From contig OZ024742.1 of the NCBI GenBank assembly GCA_964016885.1, positions 149,792,001-149,856,000 on the forward strand: a DNA stretch of 64,000 nt, written 5' to 3'. The position numbers and the translations under genes were made by a program. The notes beneath the pieces were generated by a model. That model did no database searches. It was not told the origin of the DNA and saw only the letters and a program-made list of their open reading frames with translations. Shown one piece after another: positions 1-12,126 of this stretch. The stretch is from Eledone cirrhosa (lineage: Eukaryota). Within the stretch, counting starts at the first letter, position 1. Each line of letters begins with the position of its first letter.

Positions 1-376
1 GTCAGGTGACCACATCTTGCTCATATGCTTAATTTTGGGCTTGGGTTTTCTATCTCTGGATACCCTTCCAAATGCCAATCACCTTACAAGGTGGACTGGG
101 TGCTTTTTGTTGTGGCACAAGTCTAACCACCTTATATATACACCATGAGTTGCAACTGGTAGATAGTAGGAACAATAGAATAACCAATGGGAACATTGTT
201 TTCTTAGTCCGCTCTCACAATTGGTTCCATTCCTTTTTCACGTGTGTGTGTGTCATTTTTGGTCTTCCACTTCTACCTCCCTCCATATTTATTTCCATCA
301 TTCCTCTGAGTCAATTTCATTCTTCCTCAACACATGATTCAACCATCTCATTCCATTTCTCTTCACATTATTTATC

Positions 377-790
377 GGTGGATTGGCAGTATCGGTAGAG
401 GGTTGGACGCCATGCTTTGCAGCATAGAGTTACGGCTCTTTATGATCTGAGCTCAAATCCCGAGGAGGTTAACTTTACCTTTCATCCTTATGGGGTCGAT
501 AAAATAAAGTACCAGTCACGCACTGGGGTCGATTTAATCGATTTTCCCCTCCCCCCAAATTACAGGCCTTGTGCCTATATAAGAAACCATTATTTATCAC
601 TCGGTGGATTGGCAGTATCGGTAGAGGGTCGGACGCCATGCTTTCCAGCATAGTTACGTCCCTTTACGATCTGAGTTCAAATCCCGCCGAGGTTGACTTT
701 GCCTTTCATCCTTACGGGGTCGATAAAATAAAGTACCAGTAATGTACTGGTTAATTGCTGGCCTTGTGCCTAAAGTAGAAACAATTATTT
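377..790 (+). mobile_element. Two tandem tRNA-derived SINEs (family with central gcctttcatccttacggggtcgataaaataaagtaccag motif)
   Basis: A-box-like TGGCAGTATCGG and B-box-like GAGTTCAAATCC; copies at ~377-590 and ~603-790; same family recurs elsewhere in the window. Confidence 0.8.
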
Positions 791-1749
791 ATCACTGGCT
801 CTATTCCCACCACCATCTGCAATTCATTGTTTGTTTCCCTCCACTCTCTCACTGAATGATACTCCACTCATCCACCAAACCATCACATATCTTACTCCTG
901 TAAACCATAGCTCTTCTCACACATACATCATAAATATTTCCCTTTAGTTTCAATGGCACTTTTCTTATTAGCACACTACTCAGTTCTTGGAACCTCCATG
1001 CACATTCCATTCTAAAACGTTTTCACTCCTTCCATCTTCACACTATTCCCAACATCCAGCTTAACATTCCCTTCATCATCTGTAGCTCTCCATATATACA
1101 CACCTTACACATTAATGTAGTTGCCACATTATTTCTCACCACTAAATTTTTATGTACCCCAGTGCATATCATACATTAAATTTTTACATGTCATTTTGAA
1201 TTATTAACGAAGTAAAGTAGAATTGACCTACAAGTAATTCTTATATATTATATATATTTTTTAATTTGCAAACAAGATTTTCATTCTGGTTTAATTTCAG
1301 ATACAATCCACAACTTTTTAAAAATTTCATACAGCTTTTTTTGTGACAATCTTGAACACAGGGTATGCCTTCTCAACACCAAAAATGGTAAAAAAGTTTA
1401 CAAAATTGTGTGTAGGAAGAAGATAGATGAAGCTAAGTAGGAAAATGTTAAGTTTGTAATGAAGGGTTTCTTTACCCAGAAGACAAAATATATTAAGCAG
1501 AAATGTAAACCCTCCTGAAACCAAACTATCTGAAATTACTTCTGGTTCTATGAAACAAAGTTGTTTATTTTAAAGTGTTAAGATTTATCTTCAAACCTTC
1601 CACCATAATTTTATTAAAAAATGTTTGAAACACTAGCTTAATAATGAAAGACTTAGTTATATTAGTAAGACGTTCTAAATGCTAGATTATTTTAAAACAT
1701 AGAAACATGGTACCAAAAGAGTTATATCAGATGAGTTAAATGAACTTAC

Positions 1750-1809
1750 CCAGAAAATAAAATTAAAGAGGATGAACAGGCATCGTACAAGTCCAGCTAA
1801 AACACCCAT
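1750..1809 (-). CDS. First coding exon of a tetraspanin-like membrane protein gene (exon 1750-1836 including 27 nt of 5' UTR)
   Basis: Minus strand reads tttctctttgcAG|atatctgtcaagcaattaaactgaatc ATG...TGG|GTAAGT. Translation MGVLAGLVRCLFILFNFIFW resembles the tetraspanin TM1 pattern (..LF.FNF.FW) ending at a phase-0 intron. Strong acceptor and donor. Too short for the ORF track; further exons not identified in the window. Confidence 0.75.
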
Positions 1810-2959
1810 GATTCAGTTTAATTGCTTGACAGATATCTGCAAAGAGAAATTATATTTCAATGAAACAAATTTATAATAAAATGATTTTTTTCTTGTTGTT
1901 CACAACTACTGCCGTGATTAAATACACTTATCCAACATTGTAAAGTGCTAGTGTTGGTGTCACAAAAAGAGTACCTTGCCCCATTCTGTAAGGTGGTAGT
2001 GGTGGTGCCATGAGAAAATTAATCTAGATTATGCTGTAAAGTGGTTGACATTAGGATGGGTATCCAGTCATAGAAACCATTCCATAATGGATCGTATGAG
2101 CAAGACATAGTAGTCTGACTTGCCTCAGAGTATGACAATTCATATAAGACATGCAAGTGTGGGGAATGATGATGAGGATAATGATGATGTCCTAAACTAT
2201 CATAAGATTGAATTTTTTTTCTAATTTAAATATTTTCATGTAAATGAAGTTTTGGTGATCACAGTTGTTAGAAGTTCTTGAAAGGTCACTGGTTTGACGT
2301 TAATAACAATAGGGTTTCATTGTGCTTCTGAAAGAAATGTAACTCTTAATGGCTCAGTCTGTTTAGCTATAAAATAGATAAAATAGATATTAATTATAAG
2401 ATGAAGAAGATATGATCATGTTCTCAAGTGTTTGCTTCAAATGCAGTACTAAAATTCCTCTATCGGTAAATATTGGAATAGGCCAGTAACCTATCTAATG
2501 CTTTAGAACCTTGCTTCACAATTATTATGTCCTAGGTTCAATCCTAGTACATGGTATCAGGTAAATGTCATTTATCATAGCCTGGGGTTCACCCATGCCT
2601 TGAGAGTGAAATTGGGTAGATGAAAATTGTTTGAAAACTTGTAGGATTTACTGTATCTGTAATTTAAAGAGCCAGCCATGTCACAGTGTGTCACACTGAA
2701 TCTCCCTAAGAACTTGTTCAGGGTACATGCACCTGTGGAATGCCCAGCTGCTTACAAATTTCAAGAAGTTAGTTTCGTTGATCAAACACCTGAAATACTA
2801 ATCTTTGGAACTGACAGAGTTTTATTCCTATCTAGGAGTTAAACGTTCCTCAACTACTTTTTTGAAGTTAAGGCCTCCTTTGGTCAAGGCTGACAATGGG
2901 TAGTCTCCTGTTGTTAGCTCAGCTGGAGCAACATCTCTGGTGGCTAAACAGACCTATAT

Positions 2960-3500
2960 ACGAGTGACAGTCTCTGTCACATCAAACACATCTGTATATG
3001 GTCTCTGGTCTTATTGCACTCCTTTTGCTGGGCTCTTCTGTCCGCTGCTGCAGTCATCAAACTCTCCTCCCCTGATGTGAGGTGTTGATTCGGGGTGTTT
3101 CTCCATCTTGGCCGGTCAGCTGCAAGGCCCTCCCAGGTCTCTGTATTGATCTCAATGGCCTTCATATTTCTCCTAATGTCCTTGTATCGCAGCTGAGATC
3201 GACTGGTGGCCCTCTTTCCAGAGGCCAGTTCCCCCATATAAGATATCTTTGGGGATGCAGCCATCATTAATGCGGTGGAGATGTCCTAGCTAGTGTAGTC
3301 TGCACTGTCAGAGCAGGGTAAGCATGCTGGGAAGGCCAGCACAAATAAGGACCTTGGCGTTGGGCACTCTGCCCTGCCAGGATATGGCGCATGCTTCTCA
3401 GATGGAAAGTGTTGAGTTGCCTCTCCTGTCTCACTGCCAGACAGCAGTGTGCCGATGACCCAGGCATTGTACACAACCATCTTTGTCTTTACCACCAGCT
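2960..3500 (-). mobile_element. Degenerate 3' fragment of an RTE (BovB-like) LINE
   Basis: Frameshifted peptides TKMVVYNAWVIGTLLSGSET and PKISYMGELASGKR..QLRYKD..INTETWEGLAADRPRWR are typical RTE/BovB C-terminal motifs. Confidence 0.75.
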
Positions 3501-3707
3501 TATGTCAACTACTTAGTACATCATTATTATCATCATTGTTTTTATACCTACTTTTTCATGATATGACCAGATATGACCAAAAGCCTTTCCTGACCACTCC
3601 ATACTTTTTAGATTAAAAAATGATATATAGTGCTCACAATCAGTGAACTGCTAAGCTGAAGGATATATTGTTTTGATGGGATATGATAATGTCATTGCTT
3701 ACTTTAA

Positions 3708-3928
3708 CTCTTTAGCATTTACATTACTCTATATTCGCTATTATATTTTCACAGTAAAGGGTTTATCTTACATAATTATCTCACATAATATCAAATCTAT
3801 GAGATTTTGATATTATTTATTTTCAGAACAATACCTTAACATCAGTATGAGTGGCTGGTTATAGCTGGTTTGAACAGAAAGAGGGGAGAGAGGCCTGGCC
3901 AGATATGGCCGGTTTAAATGCTAAAAGG
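3708..3928. mobile_element. TTAA-flanked MITE (piggyBac-like ends), copy 1
   Basis: TTAA|ctctttagcattt ... aaatgctaaaagg|TTAA; related copy in opposite orientation at 4309-4530. Confidence 0.6.
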
Positions 3929-4308
3929 TTAAAGAGCCTTTTTTAAATGTAGGACATGATATGAGGGAATTGAGCTGTTATTTCAATAGATCAAGCAACC
4001 CTATAGAGACTCATTTATTATTCATTGATATTTCAGGAAATGTTAAAAGAATAAATGGACCTGTCAGTTTTAATGATGAATGTTTCAGTTGCTTGATCGA
4101 CAAAATAGCTACTTGTCAAATTAGCACACAAGAAGCAGGGTATTTCACAGACAATTCTCAGGGAGATTCAGTGGAACACAGTATGCGATAAGGTTATCCA
4201 TTTGAATTACAGGTACAGTTAATCTGATGGGCTTCCAAATACTTTTTACCCACAAGGCATAAACGGACCTGAGGCTATGGTAAAAGTCAAATTTGCCATA
4301 ATGCTTAA

Positions 4309-4530
4309 CCCTATAGCATTTAAACCATCCGTTTCCAGACAGAATTCTCTCACCTCTTTCTGTTCAAACTGGCCTTAACTGCCCGCTCATATTGATGTTA
4401 AGGTATTGTTCTCAAAATAAATAACATCAAAATCTTGTGGATTCAATATTATGTGAGATAATTATGTAAGATAAAGCCTTTACCATAAAAATACAATAGT
4501 ATGTATAGAGTAATGTAAATGCTTAAACAG
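4309..4530. mobile_element. TTAA-flanked MITE, copy 2 (inverted relative to copy 1)
   Basis: TTAA|ccctatagcattt ... aaatgcttaaacag|TTAA; internal sequence is roughly the reverse complement of 3708-3928. Confidence 0.55.
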
Positions 4531-5303
4531 TTAAAAAGTAAACTTCTGAACCATATTATGTCCACTAATAATATTTCCATCAAGAAACTTTTCTGTGATA
4601 TGATTGCATACTATCTAGGAGAAGCTTTATCTGTTATTCACTAGAAGAACAGAGAAGAGTCTGGGGTAAATACTGGAGTCAGTGTATGTGTGTGTGCCTT
4701 ATGCATGTCAATGTGTGATTTGTGTGTGTAATAATTATGCTTGACACACATATACATAAAAATATGTTATTTGTGTGTGTATGTATGTGTGTGTATGTGT
4801 GTAATAGATTGTGTTGTATCTGTGTGTATGTACCTGACTCTTTGTCCCTATATGTGAATGTCTGTCTATCTGTCCCTATGTGTATGTGTGTATGTGTGTT
4901 TGTGTGTATGTGTGTTAAGTGGCTGAAGTGATCCAAAGGAAGGAAACTGAGGAGTGGCATACTCAGCTGACAAAGTTATCTAAAGTGGAGAATGGGGGTT
5001 CTGTAGTTAGAAAGGTCAATGATAGTTTGGAGTGATATTTAACAAAATAGAAAAGTCTGTGACACTCACACAAGACACCCATATATATATACACACATGT
5101 ATGTGTGTACTACTGTGTGCTTGTTTGAGGGAGGAAGTATATGAAACAAAGGGTGGTAGGGTCAGGCTATAGTGTCAAAAAGGTCAACAGGTTATAGCTA
5201 TTAAAGTAACATTAACAGAACAGGAATAAAGGAACAGGTCACATGTGGAGTTTCTGTGTGTGTGTGTGTGTGTCTCAGAGTGTGTGTGTCCATGCATGTA
5301 AGT

Positions 5304-5410
<107 letters not shown>

Positions 5411-5887
5411 TAATTTTTTTTATTTACAAAACCTTTTTAAGTAAGCCTTGCTCCAAAGGACTGTTACCTCTGGAATCCTTCTCTGCTTTTCATATCCTCC
5501 AATTATGAGCTACAACAGTTCATCTCATCTCATCTCAGCCAACCTTCCAATCAAATCTAGGGAGACATATTCATACCAAATGTTTTCATCCACTATCACT
5601 GTTTATTTCTGTTACAGTCTTCAACTATCTTTTTAAATACTATCTTTTTTTAAACATGTCAATAAAGTTGCTGAGTTATCTCCTGTGGTTAATCAGTTCA
5701 TGCATTGGCTGCCATAGCACTAGATTTGTGACTATAGCTTCAAGATGTTTCAAATGGTAACTTGCAAATCACTATCTTTGCTGAGCAAGTTTTGGCAGAC
5801 TATCATAAAGTTCTATATTGACAGTGTGACTCTTCCAAGTGATGTTAAGAATCTGGACTTGACAATCTCCCTACATCTCTTTGCCAG

Positions 5888-6810
5888 TCACTTAGCATAG
5901 ACTATACCGGGAAGGCTTAACAAGGAGATCCCTCTGTAATTGGAACAATCTCTCTTGTCTCCCATTTTGAAAATTGGGATTATCACTCCTGATTGCCATT
6001 GCTTAGGTGCCTTTCCAGAGATCCAGACCACCCAGAACACATGAATCAGCCAAAGAATACCTTCTTTATTTAAGGTTTTTAACATCTTGGGTGAGATTTC
6101 ATTTTCCCCAGCGGACTTGCCACATTTGAGCTCTTTAACTGCAGCCTTTGAGGGATTAGCCACTGCTTCCAGATGCACCTCGTGTACATCAGAATATGCT
6201 GTTGTGGTCGGGTTTAGAAGATCAGCAAAGTATTCTTTTCATCTTATGAGGATGCACCTCTCTAAAGAGAGGAGAACCCCAAATGTGTTCTTGATAGCGG
6301 GTATGGAGGGGGACTTCTAGGAATAAAAATCAGTTCTGTGAAAACTGAGACACTCCTTCTCTCAAGGAAGCCGGCACAATGCACTCTACATGTGAATGGA
6401 GTTCCACTGAAGCAAGTGGAGAAGTTAAAAAATTTTGGGGTCATGTTCATGAGTGATGGAAGGCAGGAAGCTGAATTAAGTGCAAGGTTCACAGGAGCTG
6501 GTGCAGTGATGCGCCAACTTCAGCATTCAGTAGTCAAAAGAAGGGTGGTAGGCATAAAAACCAAACTCGCTATCTTCATTTTAGAATTGGGGCTAACCAT
6601 TACCGAAATGGAGTTCCTCTGAAGGGTCTTTGGAGCAATGTTACTTGATAGAGTGTGTAGCTTGGGGATCAGAGTGTCACTTCAGGTAGAACTTCTCTAC
6701 TTCTCTGAATTGAGAGATTACAGCTCTGATATTATGGGCATGAGGTTAGAATGTCTTGGGAAAGAATTGCTGGACAGATTTTACAGGCAAAACCAATCAG
6801 CAGGAGCTCT
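5888..6810. mobile_element. Old RTE-clade (Expander/Rex3-like) LINE fragment with inverted 5' part
   Basis: 5888-6320 minus encodes early RT motifs (KSAGENEI..WQSGVIIPIFKMGDKRDCSNYRGISLLSLPG); 6320-6810 plus encodes later RT/C-terminal motifs (KTETLLL..LKQVEKLKNFGVMFMSDGR). Confidence 0.75.
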
Positions 6811-7346
6811 TCACCCAAAATGTGTCCCAATGGTAGTAAATCATAATTATCACAATTTTTGTAGAGACTGAGGACCATACGTTGGGGAATCTATATGCCT
6901 TGCAGTATTTAATTATGATCCTTTCCATCAAAAGCACAAATCCTGCTATAGTCTACTTTGTCTCCCTTCATCGACTGGAGTTTCAGTGGGGGGGAATACA
7001 TTATAAAATAACAACAATTTAATAATGTACTGGGGTCAATTTAATTGATTGTTGTCTGGACAAATCATTATTGCTCTTGTTGCTGTTATTTTACAGTTGG
7101 CAGCAAAATGAAAACCATTTCGAAAATTTTCCAAGATTTATATTACATCATCACTATCATAAATAACCAACAACATCAACCCCATCATCACTTCCTCATA
7201 GATATTAACATAAATCAACCCATTATATTCATCACTACTGTTGCTAACACCCCTACAAGACCAAAACCATTTCCTATTATGGATTGAATTTTCTCTTTCA
7301 GCATATACTTTATAATTTAACAGTAATTTCACAGGCATTGATGCAT

Positions 7347-7348
<2 letters not shown>

Positions 7349-7403
<55 letters not shown>
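7349..7403. repeat. (CA)n microsatellite
   Basis: Perfect dinucleotide run. Confidence 0.95.
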
Positions 7404-7408
<5 letters not shown>

Positions 7409-8612
7409 ACAAGGATAGATCTTAACCAGTCATAGCAAAGAATTTTTCACAAAACACTTTCAACAAATAGAATGTTGGGAATTATTTTGGGCTTCAGCAC
7501 AAGCCTGTAGTGGGAAAGAATAGATGGATATTGCTAACATCTCACATATAATATAAAGGGAATATTTGTGGTCTTACTTCATAGCAACTCTTCCACTACT
7601 AAACATTCTGTGTGTATGGAAAAGCAGACATAAAATGATGATGATGATACTACTCACACACACACACACACAAATCTTAAAATCATTTATTATATGAGAT
7701 TGTTAAAAAAATTATGCGCTCACTTTATCCTGTTTGTAAGGGTGGAGGTGACAGGAAGAGCACCCCACTGTAGAAACCATGCCTAAAAGGGTTGAGAGGA
7801 CACTAGTTATGTCAAAGACAACTCCTCTAGTGTTGGTAATCTACATGAGAGACACATACACTACATGCTGTAAAGTAGTTGGTGTGAGGAAGGGCATCCA
7901 GCCATAGAAATATTGCCAAACAAAGGGTTGGAAGGACCCTTTAATTGTTTCAAGGACATGACAGTCTCCTTGGTCTTCGTAATATACACAATAAAAGCAC
8001 CCAGTACATGCTGTAAAGTGGTTGTTGATAGAAAGGGTATTCAGCTGTAGAAAGCTTGCCAAACAAAGGGTTGGAAAGAACACCTTAGTTGTGTCAAGGA
8101 CATGACAAATTCCTTCGTCTTGGCGATATCTGTGATAAAAGCACCCAGTACACACTGTAAGGTGGTTAGTGTTAGGAATGGAATCCAGCCATAGACAGCT
8201 GACCAAACAAGGGGATGGTAGGACACTTCAGTTTGTATATGACCATACATAAACAGAGTGCAAACTCCTCGGCCTGTCTGGGATGTCAGTAGACCTGCTT
8301 CAATACTGACTTCATCTATGTAGACGTGTCTAACCCTTACTAACAGCGAAAGCGGGCGTATGATGTTGATTATGATGATATATATATATATTATAAAAAC
8401 AGATTAAAGTTTGAGCAAAGAATCGCTGCTTTCACCCTAAACGCGATCTTCAAGATCCCATTAAGGGTGACAGCAGCGATTCTTTGCTTAAATCTGCAGA
8501 GGGCGCGATAAGGATTTTATATATATATATATTTGATATATATATATATAATCCTTATCGAGCCCTCTTCAGATTTTAGTCTTCACATTTATTATTACTC
8601 TATACTATCTAT

Positions 8613-8950
8613 GGAGGCACATGGCTTAGTGGTTAGAGAATTGGCCTTGCAATCGAAAGGTTGTGAGTTCAATTCTCAGACCGGGTGATGTGTTGTTTCC
8701 TTGAGCAAGACACTTTATTTCACATTGCTCCAGTTTACTCAGCTGTAGAAATGAGATGATAGGGACTGGGGTCTTTATCATTCCACTGCAAAGTGGTCGT
8801 GGAGGTGCAACGGCAAAAAAGAACCCAGCACTCACTGTAAAAGAGGTTGGTGTTAGGAAGGGCATCCAGCTGTAGAAATCAAGCCAGAATTAGTTCCCAT
8901 CCCACCCTTGTAAAGTGGCCGTAAAATGAAATGATGATGATGAAATGATA
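8613..8950 (+). mobile_element. tRNA-CORE SINE with RTE-derived 3' region
   Basis: A box TGGCTTAGTGG, B box GAGTTCAATTC, CORE-like ccttgagcaagacactttatttcacattgctccagtttactcagctgtagaaatgag, then sequence matching the RTE 3' UTR at ~22095-22250 and a (GAT)n-like tail. A short family-B RTE tail follows at 8953-9052. Confidence 0.85.
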
Positions 8951-9652
8951 ATCGAGCAAGACAACCACTCTTGCCTCAAGTGGGAAAACCCACGTCCAAA
9001 CCAATGCAAGCGTGGAATATGGACGTTAAACGATGATGATGATGATGATGATAAATATAATCATACCTAAAGGGTGTCAAATTTAAACTGAAAAGGAACT
9101 CAGTACATATAGATATATATATTTTTATAACGAATTGGTTGACAGTGACTTCAAAAGTTCATCTGTGGTTGGCTTTGTCAGACCAGTATATGCATACTTA
9201 AATGAGAGAATATACTGAATATATGTAATAGAGTTTTGTTTATTTATTTGCTCATTCAAAGTTGGGAGTTCAGTCTGTCACCACACAGTCTCATGATATG
9301 ATACTTTTAGCCAACAGCAAGAATAATGGAAGACTAGTCAGAAGTTTACAGAGCACATTGATTGATTGATTTAATTTTTATTGTTCCAGCTTGGATTAGT
9401 GATAGGTCTGTCCAGTTGTTAATGGGACAGTAGGTGGGGTGAATTTCTGCAGTAATAATCTGTTTGCCTGTCACTTCTACAGGAGGGACAGTAGTTGCTA
9501 TTAGGGAGGTGGTGGTGGTAAGTTATTAGAGTATTGGAGGGGAATATTTACCATATTAAGTCAAGATGTTATATTTATCTATCAAGTATAGGTTACATCT
9601 TGATCTATTTCAATATGGGGTTAAAATTTTGACAATGTTCTATATGGAACTA

Positions 9653-9739
9653 CAGGGTATTCCAAAAAATGTATACATACTTCAACAGCATTGCCTGTAG
9701 AGGTAATCAAAGTGCATTTACATTTTTGGAAACACCCTA
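9653..9739. mobile_element. Tc1/mariner-type MITE (~87 bp)
   Basis: TA|cagggtattccaaaaaatgta ... tacatttttggaaacaccct(a)|TA: imperfect ~20-bp TIRs at a TA site. Confidence 0.6.
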
Positions 9740-10465
9740 TATATATATATATTCATAATCAATGCAAAATTGGTTATCTAGTAATTCCACGACCCTACAG
9801 TTTATAGGCATCTTGAGATAGGAAGGTGGGAATGGATTCTATATCAGGTTCTTAAGGGGTAATATTGCTGTGTGTATCTAGTTTTAAATGTATTTTTTAT
9901 GAATCCAATATAGTTGCCTTTGATATCATCTGCAATTGCTATATTTGCTATATACACGAGCACTTTTGTGAATCACTTGCTTTCAAGTGGAGAGAATGGG
10001 ATTTTGCTGCAATTGTATCACGGAATAGGATGTTTCTATTTCCTCGACCCAGAGTTTGGCTGGATATTAGAAATATGAAATTATTTAAGCAGCTGTACTA
10101 ACATTACCATTGTTCTTATATGTGTTGTGGGAAAAGATTTACTTACTATATACAGGAAATTGTCATATTATATGTGTGTGAGTGCAAAAAGCGAACAGCT
10201 TTTGTAACATACGTGCCTATCTGTGAGTGTGTGTGTGGGGGGGGGGGGGGGGGGGGTATGCATACTTACATATATACATAAATATATACAAGCATGGAAA
10301 AGCATACGTAAAAATGATGATGATGATATGTGCATATATATATATATGCATACATACATATATATACACACACACACATATATATATATGCAGACATACA
10401 TACATATACACATATATATATATATATGCAGACATACATACATATACACATATATATATATGCAG

Positions 10466-10496
<31 letters not shown>

Positions 10497-11677
10497 CACA
10501 CACACACATATGTATGTATATATTCAAAATTATAAAAAAAATAAAAAATAAAAAATAATATTAAAAAGTCAAAGATAATTTCATATACTTGACTTTTTTT
10601 TATAATTTTGAATTTTAAATACTCTGCTACCTGCCTCATCCTTAACAACAGGATATTTTAACTGTCAATAACTTAATTGTCCAGTTTGTTCTCCTGAGAA
10701 ACAGTGATGATGATACATATACCTTTTTCCAATTTTTTAATATTGTTTTTGTAAAAAAAACGATATTTTTTTCATATATATATATATATATATATACATA
10801 TATAAAAAAAAAAGTTATATACATAGTATTAATATATAAGGGAACAAAGAATCAGCATTGCATCATATAGATATTTAAATACATATTACATATGTTTCAC
10901 TGTCCATCAGCCCGAGTAACGATCTATTAATGATCAAATATGACTCTGGAATTGGGATCGTTTCTCAAGCTGATCGACAGTGAAACACATGTAATATGTA
11001 TTTAAATATGTATATGATGCAACACTGATTCTTTATTCCCTTATATATTAATACTAATGACACTCTGCTCCTCAAGAGCATCGAGTACTGACCCATATAC
11101 CACCTATGGACGCAATCAACTTGGAGTTTAACACCTACATATATACATATACAAACATATACATATATATATATCATCATCATCACTATCTAATGACCAT
11201 TCTTCCTTGCTAACCTGAGTTAGATGAATTGTACTGTTGAGAAACATGTCAGATCAGATGCCCATGTCTTGCTCATACAGAACTGTTTCTCACTTGGTTT
11301 CTATGGCTGGACACCCTCCCTAATGCCAACCATATTTAGTGTGTGGACTGGGTGCTTTTTATTGTGGCACCAAGATGGCCACTTCACAGAGTGGACTGGA
11401 GACTGCGGTGGGGAAGGGGCATGTATGTTGCATGGGGATTGGAAAGGTAGGTCTAGGGTGAGGGGTAAGGACATTGGTTGTGGGTGCAGTGTTATGACAT
11501 GGGAAGTATATGAAGGGGGGGGGGCAGGAGAAAGTGGTGTATACTAGATGTATGCATCAATCCATGTACCTGGGAAGGTGGGTCCTCTGCCTTTACTACA
11601 TAACACTAGAGGTTTTGATCCAGTGTCATTGACTTTGAGTCGTGTATATATGTGTGTGTGTGACTTTGTGTGTGTGT

Positions 11678-11710
<33 letters not shown>

Positions 11711-11761
11711 CACATATATATACACATATATACACATATATACACATATATATACACACAC

Positions 11762-11802
<41 letters not shown>

Positions 11803-11861
11803 TATATATATATATACACACATATATATACACATATATATATATATATATATACACATAT

Positions 11862-12021
11862 CTATCTATCTAAGGCGGGTAAAATTCCCGAGATCCATGG
11901 ACGAGTTCTCTCCAGCGGCCTCTGTCCCTCATTATCGCTGCCATGTCCTGTATCTCCAACAGTGTCTGTCCTGAGGGCATCAACATACGTTAACCTTGGT
12001 CTTCCTCTTCTAGTTTATCCA
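11862..12021 (-). mobile_element. 3' end fragment of an RTE/RTE-X-like LINE with (TAGA)n tail
   Basis: Minus strand [14 protein letters not shown] then (frameshift) [11 protein letters not shown], followed by short atag repeats; embedded in a TA/CA tract. Confidence 0.5.
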
Positions 12022-12126
12022 TGTACACACATATATACACACATATATATATATACACATATATATACACATATATATACACACATATATATTTATATAT
12101 ATACACACACATATATACACACATAT

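Noticed and set aside
1475-1514. Possible small minus-strand exon ending ..YFVFW|GT near the tetraspanin exon
   Set aside because: Its acceptor lies in an old MITE-like repeat, the donor is weak and similarity to the real exon is marginal.
8613-8685. tRNA genes at SINE heads (also 377, 22938, 35310, 42315)
   Set aside because: A and B boxes present but no complete cloverleaf, and they continue into SINE bodies.
10885-10911. Hammerhead-like string ctgatgg-acagt-gaaac-atat-gta on the minus strand
   Set aside because: Core A9 altered, no stem II and no stem I pairing.
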